A DNA stretch of 62,573 nucleotides, counting the filler, from Collodictyon triciliatum (taxonomy: Eukaryota): assembly GCA_043381765.1 (NCBI GenBank). It is 4 parts of 4 records of this genome, joined end to end, with 100 filler letters (N's around TTAATTAATTAA, not from the genome) between each part and the next. Parts side by side here need not be neighbours in the genome. Positions count along the whole stretch, not along the records: positions 22,001 to 43,898 come from JBHJMP010001165.1; 3 more parts are not named here. The stretch is one strand, 5' to 3'. Below, piece by piece: positions 25,487 through 39,126 of the stretch. A program made the position numbers and the translations under genes. Position 1 is the stretch's first letter; every line of letters starts with the position of its first letter. The notes below the pieces were generated by a model. It did not search any database. It saw nothing but the letters and a program-made list of their open reading frames with translations, and was not told the origin of the DNA.

Positions 25487-26526
25487 ATGGACGATTCGGA
25501 CGAAGAAAACGCACCCGGCCGCACCCGGCGCGCAGAGCCCAACCCTTTCAGTTTCTTTTCGCAGTACTCGAAAGCCAAGCCTTCTGCCGCCACTCCGACA
25601 ACTGCATCCACTCCAACAAACACAACCAGCGCGCCCACCGATCCTCTCCAAAGCCCACCTGCTGAGCGATCAGCATTCAATCCGCAAAGCGCGGCCAAAT
25701 CTGAAACCTTTCTCCCCGTCCCCACCGTCTCTTCAAACGCCCCAACAAAGAAACCGTCCGCCACCCCGAATCCATTCTCGCCTCCGACTCTGCAAACGGC
25801 GTCGTCTCCTGCTTCGAGTGTGTCTTCCGTACCCTTTTCTGCCTCTTTGCCAACAACCACTGCTTTCCCAACGGCTCAGAGTATTCCGTCTTCCTCGACT
25901 CCTGTGTCAATGCCGCCACAAAATCCGCAGAAGGCTGCTCCACTAAAGAAAAAGGTTGACCCGCTCGACGACCTTTTCTCTGCGCCTCTGCCAGAAATCA
26001 GGCCTAGTGTGTCGTCGTCTGCTTCTGTCCCGGCCCCACCTCCTTCTACCAAGCCGACCGCCCCAAATATTGCAGAGTATCAGACCCAGATTGATGACTT
26101 GACTGAGAAGTGGGTGGCTGCCGAGAAGCGGGCCATACAGGCAGAGAAGGCTATCCAGCATATGAAGCAGAAAGAAAAAGAGGAGAACATAAAGATCGAG
26201 CAAACTATTGAAGCAGTGAGCGGTTTCTTTCATGACTATTGTTTTTTTATCTTTCGGTATTCTCTACTTTTCTTTCATATATTCAATTATGTTGCAAATA
26301 GTGAATTGTGGCACTGTGATGCAGGTGGAGGCTAATCTACTGGGAATGAAAACCCGCGCAGAAAAAGCAGAGGCAAAGGTTATCGAATTAACACAGTTGA
26401 TCGAATCAATAAAATCCTCATCTAGTAGGGTATCTTCTGCGGAATATGCATCTGCTCTCAGAAGAGCCGAAGTGGCGGAAGCAAGGTTTCTTTTCTCATC
26501 TTTTATTTAATAATAATAATAATAAT

Positions 26527-26612
<86 letters not shown>

Positions 26613-26943
26613 AAAAAAAAAAAAAAAAAAAACCTTTCGATTGAAACCTGCTATTTGGATAACAGTTCTTGATAGAAAAAAAATGATGGTCAGATAGGTA
26701 ATATACAGCGCTTCCAATTTAATAATCGTTTCTCAATATTGTTATCGCTGTTCATCAAGGGCTCTGAATGCCGAGCAGACTTTATTTCGCTCGATTGAGA
26801 ACCGCAAGGGCGCTTCTGCCCGAATCATGGAGATTTCGAACCACGCAAAGAGCCAATTGGACCTGCTCAGAACAGGAATCCCCGCCTTGGTTGAAGTGGC
26901 TAATTTATTGCAGATGACTGAGAGAGTGTACGAAAATCCGTAG
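25487..26943 (+). CDS. ENTR1: ENTR1/SDCCAG3-like endosomal coiled-coil protein (3 exons)
   Basis: N-terminal NPFSF motif, coiled coil IEAVEANLLGMKTRAEKAE and C-terminal LRTGIPALVEVANLLQMTERV resemble ENTR1 as recalled. Exons are 25487-26215, 26325-26485 and 26760-26943. Confidence 0.65.
26509..26631. repeat. (AAT)n-(AAC)n-poly(A) microsatellite in an intron
   Basis: Direct reading. Confidence 0.95.
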
Positions 26944-27089
26944 CAGTCTTGTGCTTAACTTGTCTAGGGATAGATAGGAAGGGAATAAAAGTGAACATGA
27001 ACATCAAAAGAGACGAATGATAGCAAAAGACAGAACGACATGAACATATCACATCATTTCCACAAAAGGATATCGTTTGTCAAATCTGG

Positions 27090-29616
27090 AATGGCGTTGA
27101 AACAAACTGTTTGTGAGAAACCTGGACATTCTCAATGTTTTGTTTGCGTCTCGATGAAACATTCAGCTTTGCTGGAAATCAGGCAGGCGCCGAAGAGAAC
27201 GCCTTCAAGGTCTAAAAGCCTCAATACCAGAATGCTCATCTACTGCGAAGTACACGGAGGACCGACTGAACGGGGTCTGCGCATCGGGAAGCAACTTTCG
27301 GCCGAGATCCACGCTTTCTACGACCACTTCTTGAAGGAGACGTTTCAAACAGAGCGCGAGTCGGAGTTGGAGGAACGGCTGCTCGAGTCTGCGGTTTTGC
27401 ATTCGAGCTTGATTCGTTCCTTTGTTTCAGAGGCTGCACAAGAGCTTGATGCGATATCTGTTTCAGCTAGGTGTGCTTTTTTTATTTGTTTATTTCATTT
27501 CGGGCGTATCCTCTTGGTTTAACTCTACCATATGTGTATTTTTTTTTATCATTTCTTTTGTTATATCTAACCTTATCCTTACTTATAATGTCCGTCTTTC
27601 CTTTATTTATTATTTTTTATTATTTATTATTATTTATTATTATTTATTATTATTTATTATTTATTATTTATTATTTATTATTTATTTATTTATTATTTAT
27701 TTATTTATTATTTATTTATTATTTATTTATTATTTATTTATTATTTATTTATTATTTATTTATTATTTATTATTTGAATGTTTGTTTGTTTGTTTGTTTG
27801 TTTATTTGTTTATTTGTTTATTTGTTTATTTGTTTATTTGTTTATTCGTGTTTATTTATTCGTGTTTATTTCAATCACCTGGAGCTTTTCTCCTGTTGGT
27901 TTCGGAGAATTATATGTATGGATTCTCACAGCACATTCATATTTCGTTATTTGCCCTGTGAATGCAAAGAATATCCTATGACCGTCTTTTACTCATGAAC
28001 ATGTTCCATGAAATGGGTTCAAATGCAATTTATCATTCGCTACCATCTGATGTGAGTATCCCTACTTTGATTTTTTTTTTATAGAAAAATAAGAGGAAAT
28101 AATCAAATGTATGTTTACAATATGTTGAAATATGCATCCTCGTAATAAATGCACCGTAGGATTCGATCGACTCGAGAAATATCCCCTTTTTCAAAAATAA
28201 TCAAGTACTTGAAATCAATATACATCATCAGATCCAAATACTCTTTAATATGTATCATATACCATTCTAATATTTAAGTTAACTCGATACCACTATAAAT
28301 AACTATGGTCACATACAGTGTGCTCAACTTGCTATTAATAGATTCAAGATATTATTTTCCAAAAGTCTCATGAGACCGGATTCTACTCAAACGAAGAAAT
28401 CCCTACGGATGGAGCACGAGGGTTCGAAGTAATAATGGGCGAGACTTTCCATCTACCAAGCACTAATGGAACCCTTGTGCTCTACAAGTATAACAAGTTT
28501 GAGAATCTTCCAGCCTTGTTTTTCATTGCACCAGCGGGCATCGTTGGTGGATGTGGAATGAACAATCGGCATTCTGTCGTGTGGTTTCCTAAACCCATAG
28601 CCTTTTCTGACGCAGCACACAAGCTTCGAAAGAAACCGATTTCCAACTTGGTTGCTGCATCACACTTCCACTCACCTTTGGAGGTGATAGGCTTCAAAAC
28701 AGAGATTCTCTCTGTCTCCGGGGCTCTTCTTTCACGCTGGCTACTTCAACAGACGGTGGCTGATTTGTCCTCTATCGAGGAGCAGCTCAAGCAGATCCGG
28801 TCCGTTGCGCATCACTCTTTCTTTCTGGGCTCGGTACAGGGCGATCTGACGCTGTTGGAAAACACCCATGGGTCTTCTGGCTGGGTGTTTCACAGAGTCT
28901 CAGAGACACCTGTGTCATTTCATCCTCTCGCTTCAATTCAATCAAAATATGTTTCCTCCGTACCAGCATCATCACGCAGGCATCACAGCGTCTCCAGTGC
29001 TCACACGAACATGCATCGAGACTTTGTTCAGAGAGCACCCCTGACAGCTGGCTCAAACAAAAGTACCTGCTGATTCGTATATCTTGAAAGGGGAAGAAAG
29101 CGATAGAAACTTCATAGTGGATGAATTTATTTTATTTTTCACTAGTTATTATGGATTATGCATTCGATATGCCTTATCTACACTTTATCAATTTCTATGA
29201 CAACCAACAAACAAACAATTTATTTTATTTTTCATCGCAAAGGCGTCCATTCCAATCCGAATGTAAACGCAGTCTCCATAAACTCGGCGGGACTGTCTTC
29301 GCACCCACCAGAAACACTGACATCCCTCGAATTGGTCCGCGAAAGCTTTGTTGAGGTTGCCCACTTGCTGGACGAGACCAAGGCGCGTACTACTCTCGCT
29401 GCAGAAACTCTTCGGTGCATTCGCGAGGCAGAATCCACAGACGCAGCCATCCAAGATTTGAAAGAACTTGTCCAGATTCTATCACAAAGTACAAACCCTG
29501 AGCAAGCAGAGGATTCCACGGCAGAATCTGTCATGGCGGTCATCTTCCTGCCATCCAAGGCCAGCGCTATAATCGGGACATCATACCAGGACAACTACGA
29601 TTTGGTGCAGCTGTAA
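27090..29616 (+). CDS. Peptidase C45-like (acyl-CoA:6-APA acyltransferase / Ntn-hydrolase fold) protein; start uncertain
   Basis: EVHGGPTERGLRIGKQL, ELDAISVSARISYDRLLLMN..HE and APAGIVGGCGMNN follow the C45 layout; spliced through to TAA at 29614-29616. Confidence 0.6.
27600..27870. repeat. AT-rich (TTATTA/TTTA/TTTG)n intronic repeat
   Basis: Direct reading. Confidence 0.9.
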
Positions 29617-30201
29617 GCGTCTCTGGGATTCTTCTGGGTACTTGGGCCCTACTCGCCAGATTCTTGCTTGCTTTTGCTTCTCTCATTCCCTACGACTCTT
29701 GACTCTGAACCCAAGGCTCCTGCCTCGTACATAAATGACATAGTTTCGTAAAGAAAAGAAGCAGTGTGTTGAGTTGTTTAATACCAACCCAGACATTACA
29801 AAATGCATCATGTCTTCAGCCAACCAGAATTGAAAGTGTTAGTAGACAATTTCAGTCAGATTTATTTTTAAACATTATGATTATCCTTGATAAATAATAA
29901 TAAATATATTCATACGTTTGTGTCTGGTGAGTGATTGAACAAGAGAATTGAACCGATTTCACATTTATTAATGAACAATTCTGTTCATATACTATGAATG
30001 GAGAATGGAAAAGGGACTTCGGCCGGCTGCGTTCCATAAAGAATGTGTCTGGAGCTATGACAGGTTATTGCGACGAAAAAGACAGCAATTATCAACAGAA
30101 TATATTCTGTACATGCTTTCATCCACTCTTGATTGAGGCCGACGCTGACTGCCTTCTATAGAAGACTTGTTACATGGCTGAGAGCGAAGGGAGTCTGCGC
30201 G

Positions 30202-32493
30202 CTACTTGTTTGGATTATCAGCTGTGCTGACTTTCTTTCGCTCGAATGCAAAGTAATCCCTGTCTATCTGCAGTCTGTCGTACCTTGTCTGGCGCCACTT
30301 CTGCTTCTGTCTAGTAAGCCATGGTTGAACGTGCTTTCTAGGCACATGGAAAAAGTAGAAATCAGGTACGTTATCTTGTATTGTGTGCACGAAAGATCTC
30401 TGGTTGATGTAGATGCTGTGGAGGTCGCGGATGATGCGGTCATAGATGAGATTAAGGCCGAAGCTGTCATTCACATATCCGTCACAAATCATGGCTTTGA
30501 CTTCACTTCGGTTCTATTGGACGGAATTCGTTAAATACGCATGGATATCGCTCTTTGATATGGTTTTTTTCTTGCAGTATATAATATCCTGTACTATTTC
30601 GGTGCCATGTCAAAAAGGTTTTTTTTTTTGTTATTTTTTTTTATTTTTTTTTTTTTGTTATTGACGGATTCTTACAAGAGTCATCAATTCTTTGATTAAT
30701 TTATCCCATACGTCCTCCGGGCTGACATCAGAAGAAAACGCCTTGCCGTTCGCAACTAGCTCACACAAACGGAAAAGGGGCCTCTCTCCACTTGAAAGGA
30801 TTTCGCAAGACTATGAATGAGTCATAATTGAAGAGCGTTAGTTTAATTAATAGTATGTGGGACATGAAGCCTAAGTCATCGATGGGTGAGAGATGAGTTT
30901 TTGTTGTGAATGACATGTGGCCACAATCTATGAAAATGTTACATATTCGCTCAAAAGCTGCGGATGCGATACGCTTTGAAATAGCCGAATGCTTTTGAAG
31001 TTTTTGGGGTATATATGCTTTGGTGTGACGAAATTCTCCTTCAATATAATTTCTCCATATTCCACGATAGCGAGGGTCGGTGTCCATAGTACGTAATCTG
31101 CCTTTCGCACTAGTATTCTCGTAGCATCTGTGACAATATATGTGCTCTCTCCTTTCTTCAAAACGGTGCCTTTTGCGGGTTGAATATCCAACAGTGCATT
31201 ATTTGCGCGTGGCTTCGTTTGGATTCTTTGCCTTGATGTGGCTCTTTCTTTTTCTCTTTCTTTCGATGTAGAATTTTCATTTATATTCGACTCTAATATC
31301 GTAATATTTTGTTTGTTAGGTTGAATTGATATATGGGGATATTCGTTCTGTGGTGGAATCGTTGTGTGTGGCTGTGGTGTGTTTGTTGTTTGTAGAGATT
31401 TTTGTGAAGAATCTGACGAGTCTGACGACAGTTCAATACACCCTGAGAGCGGTTTATCCCGGGATGACTCATCTGCATTCACCAAGTAATAAGTAAAAAT
31501 GAGGTATGTACATAATACTTGGGAGGGGCTATCGAAGGCGGATCAATTAAATATAACATAAAAATGCAAAGAGGTAAAGAGGGGGAAAAAAAAACCTAAC
31601 GCAGGCGATTTTGATGCAAATTGTGGATGAGGCTGTCTATTATAATTATCGTTTTTTGAAGCGAGTGATGTGGCAGTCATGGTCTCTGAATTTTGTCTGG
31701 CACCGCTAATTTTTTCTGGAGAAGCCATCTCTGATTTTGTTGAGGCTATTACATTGAATGTTATAGGTTGTGTGTTTCTCTTCTCGTTTGTTTTCTCACG
31801 CTTTGAATTTGGGAGGTATATATCATTCAGTATTCTTTTCGGCCTGGCTGTTGTTTCGTAATTTTCATCCAAGAAAGCTTTTGCTCTGACCTTATCATCG
31901 GTGGCAGCGTCTTTGTGTTCTACAGACTTTGATGGAGATTGCAATAGCGTTTTACTATAAGCGGGAAGGTCGGGCACAGCATTCTCAGCCTTGTCCACTT
32001 TAGACTCAGAGCACACAGAGATAGACCCAACATGTTGCAAATGCTTCACTGCTGCGTTTGCGCTTGATGGTGACCGACTTGAACCAACACATCTCTGAGA
32101 ATCGGTATCATCGGATGATTCTGATGAGGAGACAAAATCTGCCCGTCTTTTTCTCTCAGAGAAATGATGGTGGTAATTCAGTTGTTGGGTCATTGAGAGC
32201 GGAGGGATGTGTGGGGAGATGCCCGCGCTGCAAAATGGCGAGAGTATCGGGAACTGCATTCGTGCGTCGGAGACTTCGGCGTGGGATATGAAAGGTAATG
32301 GAGCGACCTGTGTGATGGATGGAAGCACCAAGTACGGGGCGCTGGACATGGGCGGATGTGCTGCAAGTCCGCTCATTCCATAGCAGAGATTCGGACTCGG
32401 TTCCATGACGGCAGGCCGGGCGGCTTCATTGGTCCCTGTGCGGATGGGTGAGGGCGGCAGTGAGTCTGGCAGATTCTGCCCTGGAAAAGACAT
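30202..32493 (-). CDS. FYRN/FYRC domain chromatin protein (TBRG1-like), 4 exons
   Basis: IVEYGEI..ENFVTPKHIYPKNFKSIRLF..YSCEILSSGERPLF (FYRN) and SPEDVWDKL...DSFGL (FYRC) follow a long disordered N-terminus; phases are consistent. Confidence 0.75.
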
Positions 32494-32804
32494 GTTTCGG
32501 CTATCGGGCGATTAGCAGTCAAGGCTTTGAGGAAGGGAGAACACGCGCCGCTATGTGGTGTGCTTTCAATATATCCTGTGTGGGGAAATAAAAGAACAGG
32601 ATGATTTAAGAAATGTGTATGTAGTGAGTTGGAGTTTTTTTTTATCTCAGATATATCAATCGTTGAATGTGATCGAAGAAATAGGAAATGAAGAGTGGGA
32701 GGGAAAAATATAAGAGGGGGTGGGGAGGTGGAAAAGGAAAGGAAACTTGTTGAAATCTTGTTGGAAGATGAGAAAGAAGAAAAGAAAGGTTCCACTGTTC
32801 CTTC

Positions 32805-32930
32805 CTTTTTCTCTTTTTTTTCTCTTTTTTCCTCTTTTTTCCTCTTTTTTTCTCCTTTTTTCTCCTTTTTTCTCTTTTTTTCTCTTTTTTTCTCTTTTTT
32901 TCTCTTTTTTTCTCTTTTTTTCTCTTTTTT
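32805..32930. repeat. (TCTCTTTTTT)n pyrimidine repeat
   Basis: Direct reading. Confidence 0.9.
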
Positions 32931-34140
32931 TGAAAAAAAAAAACAGGCGGGTTTAGACCTCCAAAGATCATAAGAGTGCTAAGGAGGCGGCGGTTTGTGC
33001 CCTTACTTCCTTCACAATGCCTGTCGTTTTCTTGTCTTTGTCGCTGATGGAGCGGAAGGCAGATACCGAATGAGTTTGGGGAGTTGGAGAAGGCCGAGGG
33101 AACAAACTGCTTGTTTGTGTTTTAGAAGCCTGCTTGCAAAGACCTTTGCCGAGTTTTGATTACCCCACGCTGTTTCTTGTGAGAGCGATTAAGCAATCAT
33201 TTGCAAAGGCCCAGGAAGGCGTGGGAGAAACGAACATGTGATGAAGACTGACGGAAATGGACAGAAATGATGCAATTTTCGATTCTTTCTTTGATGGTGA
33301 TGATGTGATGGTGCATGTATTAATATTTGATGGGAGAATGTGATGAGAGCAGAAATAATTTGTTGAAAATCTCCCTTCACGAATGATTCACTCCAAAAAA
33401 AAAATTTTTTTTTAATTAAATTGGAAAAAATAAAAAAAAATAAAAATAAGGGTTAATAAACAAGGACAAGTATTAACACAAGAACAAATGCTCGTTTAAT
33501 GCAACCAATAGTTTGTTACGGTTCATCCAACCGCACTCGAAGACAGAGGGCAGCCCACAACATCGGTAAATTGTGAATGTGATGGCGTTAAATAAGCAGC
33601 TCAAGAAGAGCATACCTACTAGAATATTACTGCATGATTCTGCGTGTACGAGCGCACAAAAAAAAAATTTGTTTATCATGCGAGTGCATGGGTTGTAGTC
33701 ACACCTGAACATGACGAAGTGATGGTGGCAATCCACAGCCGGGCTGCGTTAGTGTCTGCTGAATATCATACTAAGTGCCAAGCATAAGTTCTTTTGATAA
33801 GTAGTCAACATACATATGATGAGAACAAACTTTCGTCTTCTTGCAATGCCGGAGGGCAGGTGATGCGCCTGTGTATGTGTGTGCATGTGGAAGCGGAGTT
33901 CTGGTGAATCGCCTTCCTTGCGAGATATCTCAATAAATCGCAGCGCTACCCGATTGAAAGAATGAGTCATGAAACAAAGGTTTTACCAGAAGAAAAGAAA
34001 AAGGAAGAAAAAGAAATTGAGGCAACAACTAAGATGATATGTTGTTAATAGGACGTGTGTTGGCTGCTGTTGTTGTGTTTATTTGGTGGTCGTTTGTTTC
34101 TCGGTCCAAGAGAAGGAATGCGCAGACAAGTCAGCCTTAT

Positions 34141-37100
34141 CTACTCAAAGTGATAGATGGTGTTTGGTGTTTCGACAAAATCTCCATCGTCGTTGACAAA
34201 GATCATCTCAGGCAAAAAGTATTTGACGCTGCTCACTGGCTTCTTGGAATACTGCACATAAAAGAAAAACATAAACGGATAACATGGATTAGAGAAATAT
34301 CTTGTGACACAATCATCTATGTGTGGCAGTTAGAATTCAAAACGAACATAAGGGACTGTTTCATTGTGGAAAAGATTTTAATGAACTCTGTGGATTCCAA
34401 GACTTACCTTTTCATAAAGTGCACCCATGGTCTGAGGAAGATTGGCATGTGTACTCTTCGTGTATTCGTTGTAAAGCATGGCTCCGCCGCCTCCAGGAGT
34501 ATTCATGTTGACTCCGCTGACCGTGATTTTGTGCGTCGCCTTGATGTGCTCAATTACTTGCTTGAGCGTGGCGTTGGCACCCTCCGGCAGGCGAATGTGG
34601 AGCTTATCCCATGCAGTGTGTCCCTCAGGATAGGCCACGATGTTTTCTTCCTCCACATATTCTGGGTTGTTCAGTGGGTCGGGGACTTTTTTTTCCACGC
34701 GGGTCTTCACCTTGCCCGGAGGATTTGGCTCAAAGAAAGCAAACAGTGGCAGAGCCAAGTTGCTGTTGATATTGCGGTAGGCCTCTAAGGGTTTCTTTTG
34801 CAGAATCTTGAATAGTTCAATGCAGACAAAGCCGGTTGCCATGGCAGTGGTGGTGGCAATAGCGGGGATGATTCGGCCAGCAATCAACTTGGCCTGGAGT
34901 TGGTCCACCTCCTTGATTTCATAGTTGCGGGCTCGCAAGTTGCCCACAGCACTGATGTAGTCCATGTGGAAGTTTGTATCATCGTCCTTCTCGAAAGTGG
35001 TGGGGCTGTACTTGACAAAATCTCCATTTGGGATTTGTTGGAGAAGGCTTTCAATTTCCGCAGCATCGTTTGAGCCACCAGAAGATGATGATGCTCCTGC
35101 GCTTCCTCCTTCTGTCTCTGGCTCTGTTTCAATTTTCAGGCCTTCTTTGGGGATGAATTCTGGGACGGTGATGTCCCCCAGGATTGAACGGATGTATCCA
35201 ACATCACGATTCTCTCGTGGCACAGGGATGCTTCCAATAAAAGCCCGGAGATTGGCACCTGCAACAATAAACTGGATGTGAAGGGGGTCTTCAGCGTCAA
35301 ATCTCACGGGAACAGGGAATCGTTTAGGAGGAGACCAGAATGGTTGTCCTGAGGTTGTCTTTGCATCAGCCGGGGACGTAAAAGTCAGTTGCTTGATACG
35401 GTTCACAAAGACCTCCTCAAACTTGAGACGAGCCCAGCGAACACAGTCTGCGAAAGTGGCGTATCCCTCAGATAAAGTTACCTTGATAGCAGTGAGTTTC
35501 TCCATGACCTCGCCGAACGAGGCACCTCGAGACGTGAGTTGTGTGACAAAGTCCTTGCCTGACTCAAGGTAGGAATTCACATCAGCAGGGACTGTTTCGA
35601 AGGACCCGATAAAGTCAGAACGAGCCCATGACAAACAGTGCTGGATGTTGTAAGGGAAGTTGCGCAATACGCATTCAGGAGTAACTTTCTCCGGTGGGTC
35701 AGTGGAGGCTCCGTAGTTTTCAGTGAGGTGTGGGATGACCATCTGGGTGTTGCACTTTGTCCCTAAGGTCCCAGACTCCAATAAAGGCTTCTCATAAAAG
35801 ACACACTTGGAATCAACATAGATACGAGCCTTTATGTTGTCAAGCGCATTGCAAACACCGTCAAGTCCGTACCAAAAGTCGTCATTAAAGACAGCCTCAG
35901 TCTCGGTGGATACTCGGTCTTGCATGGGACGGATTTGAATGGTAGGGTTAATCCCCTGAACGACTTTAGCGGCGGCTGCACTCTTAGATTGACCAATCAT
36001 CCAGTTTCTAAACAAGAACTGACGCGTAAGATTGGACTTCTCGATGGTGTCGTCGTCCGTGACGGTGAGGCTTCCCTCAGGTCCACAAGCAAGGCCCATC
36101 AGGGCAAAGTTCTTCAGAAACTCGCATCCAAGGGCTCCGGCTCCGACCATAAAGTACTTTAGGTTCATGAGTTTCTGTTGTAAAGTTTTTCCAAACAAGA
36201 CAACCTGAGATTCATATCGCGCAAGTTCAGGAGTAACTTGGGTTTCCTCGCTGCTGAGGGGCTCCTCAGGAAGAGCCTCAACTGCGTCAATATAGAGCCA
36301 TTGGAACAATGGGTGGAATTTTCCAGTTGCTGCCTTAATGACCTCTTGGCCGACAAATCTATAGAGGGAATACAAACGGAGAAGAAAAAAATTAGTTTAA
36401 AATTTGAGAATACTTTGGTTGAAGACATGTAGATAACGATACGATTGCACATCATTTTTTAGTAGATTTAAGCGGATAAGAGGGAAAAGAGCAAGAAAAG
36501 CAGATGAAGAAAAGAAAACGATTAAAAATAAAAAAAAACCCTACCCTCCAAAGATTGCCGCCATCGGATTCAAGGAATATTGAGACCCATTGATAAGGGC
36601 AGTCACAACCTTAGCATCTGGGCCGGAAAAGTCTTCTGATGCATACTTGCGTGCAAGTTTGAGGGCACTGTCGGTGTCATGGGCATTGTAGGCCTGAGGA
36701 TAGCGACCGTTCTCCTTGTGGAAGTCATCGAGACCTTGATAGGCAGCATGGAGGAGCTCCGAACGCCCAAACTTTGCAAGGTCGGACGTGAGGAATTCTC
36801 CGGGCTCTTTCAGGCCTTGCTCAAGAGATTTGAAGCGAAGCGTCTTTGGCATCTTGACTTGTTGGACGATACCCCCGGATATGTATTCGTCATAGGAAGA
36901 GGTGTCGCCGATTGCGAAGCTGAAAGGACGGACATCCTTCACAGGGATGGGAGGGATGTTATTGAGCTGGGTCATTCCGCGAATCTCTGTGAAAGTGACG
37001 TGGTCTCCTTCCTCAAAGTCGATGCGCTCGTCCGAGATACAGGTCACAACACCGTTTTCGGCCTTGGACACGTGTTTGATGATGGCGGTCTTGATCTCTT

Positions 37101-37644
37101 CGCCGTTGACGTCCTGGACAACAAACTCCTCGCCAAAGTCCGCAAAAGCACGGCCAAAGACACCATTCACAGTTGTCCAGAGGAATGCAACACTACGACC
37201 AGCTTTGCGGCAAAGCTCATTCAGACGCACAGCCTCATCGCGAGGGCAGTCCACAGCCACAAGGACAGTGATGTTCTTCTCAGCGATGTCATGCGCACTG
37301 ACTTGGGCAGACGAGAGAACATCCACACTAACAGACGGATTCAGCTCCTGCACATGGCGCAGGCAGGCTTCAGCCTTTGTTCGAGAGGCTGCGACATCTT
37401 CTGGCGTGGCAAAGAACTGAGACGAAAGGTCTCGCAGTTCGACTGGGCGCGGGTCATGCAGCGTGATGTGGCGGACATTGGCGAGTGAAACGTTCTTTGC
37501 GACTTCAGCGCCGAGGCCAGTGAGTCCGGTGATAAGAACGTGTGCCCGGGACAATTTGCCCATGGCTTGACGGCCGTAGACGGCGAGTTGGTGGCTTTGA
37601 AGGTTTTCATCCAATCCAGACTCAGGAAGTGCAGATGTACTCAT
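34141..37644 (-). CDS. UBA1: Ubiquitin-activating enzyme E1 (3 exons: 37644-36545, 36358-34408, 34251-34141)
   Basis: GLTGLGAEVAKN, GAGALGCEFLKN, DDDTIEKSNL.RQFLFR, NALDN..AR, PLLESGTLGTK, catalytic Cys in PECVLRNFP (35671-35673), FEKDDDTNFH and GRIIPAIATTTA. Confidence 0.96.
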
Positions 37645-38953
37645 TCTTCGGGCCTTTTTGTTCTGAGGGGAGCCGGAGTGGCTTTGGGTGTGTGTTTTGG
37701 AAATCGGGGAGAAAGTCTGCGTGGTTTGATGTTTGATCAATAATCTTAATTATATAGTTTCAATTCACAAGAGTTGCTAGTTTCTCAGATGCGATGGTAT
37801 GGTGATGACAGTGACAAGAACTAGGCTGAGGTCGTTCACAGGGAGGAAAAGTGAGATATAGGAAAGGAATAATGTTGACAGCTTCTATTTGCTTGATATT
37901 GAGAAATATTATTTTGCTGACTCTTAGTGCTTGTTTCCAGTCAAGCGAGAGGCTACTTATTCATTGTGCAAGGTATGAGTAAGTGAATTGGAAAAGAGTG
38001 CGGCATGAGACTGAGACGCAAGGAAAGAGCTCCCTGGGTCAGCGGTGCACTGGGCTTTATGTATGTGTCCAAGTGTCGGAGAATGCAGAGACCAGAGATG
38101 ATTCGTGGACGACATGTATCGAAAAAGTGGTGGGGACATGGAGTAACTCTTTTTTTTTAAGGCGTATCTCGGAATGACCGAAGAATAATTGATTGGCGCG
38201 CAACCCTCTTCCCCGAGGGACGTAATTACTAGCTTGTGGGTGTATTAGGTTGACATGTAGACACAATAAATTCAATGATTTTAGTCCCTTTTTGTATACA
38301 TTGAGTCCTTCATGCAACATTCGGCCTTTTACCTCAAGGAAAAGATATAAGAAAGAGGTAAGCGCCATGTTTTCTGCCTGCGTTCTAGGTCAGTATTTCC
38401 TTGAAATCATTATTTTTTTCATATGTCGTAGTTGGAGAGGTGAAGGAGATCAAGGATTGGGTGGTTGAAGAAAAGAAAAAGGTGGTTTTATTTTATTTCT
38501 GGTGTTTTTATTTCAAGGAAGAGTGTAGAAAACCGGCTGACCTAATTGGCGCTGTGACTTTTTTATTGTGATGTAAAGGGTTATGCCAAAAAAAACAGGG
38601 CTTTTCTTTTTCCAATCCATAGGTATTATGAGTATCATGGGTGATGATTTGAGTCAAATAGGAAAGAACGACTGGCGAAAGGTTCATAAACGAGCGAGCT
38701 GATATGGCCGCGCGTAAGCCTCCTTATCTCGTTGAGCCCATCGTCTTTGACGCCAAGATTCAGATGCCAGGCTTACTTCTCCTTCAAACAGAAATTCAAA
38801 TGTCATCCACCAGAACAAATAATCAATTGAAATATAAAATACGAGAGTTCGTTTGCATCGTGAAAGGTAGGGATATTCTTGAGTACACAGCAAAAAGTAG
38901 TCACACAATGTAATTTTTCTTATGGGGCTTTCAACGATTTTGATCCGCTCTCA

Positions 38954-39070
38954 TGTTTTTATAATGTTTTTATAATGTTTTTATAATGTTTTTATAATGT
39001 TTTTATAATGTTTTTATAATGTTTTTATAATGTTTTTATAATGTTTTTATAATGTTTTTACAATGTTTTT
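38954..39070. repeat. (TTTTTATAATG)n 11-bp tandem repeat
   Basis: Direct reading. Confidence 0.93.
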
Positions 39071-39126
39071 GAATGCTATAGATATGATTTCGATTTTTAA
39101 ATTATTATGTTTTCCTCACGTAATGG

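Noticed and set aside
34039..37488. Long plus-strand ORFs (249, 269, 172 aa)
   Set aside because: Antisense shadows of the codon-biased UBA1 exons.
37790..38910. Possible plus-strand multi-exon gene divergent from UBA1
   Set aside because: Several AG/GT-bounded blocks exist, but I could not join them into a consistent stop-free frame or recognise a motif.
38954..39070. Regularly spaced repeats resembling a CRISPR or telomeric array
   Set aside because: Head-to-tail 11-mer with no spacers, eukaryotic context, and no telomere-type G-rich unit.
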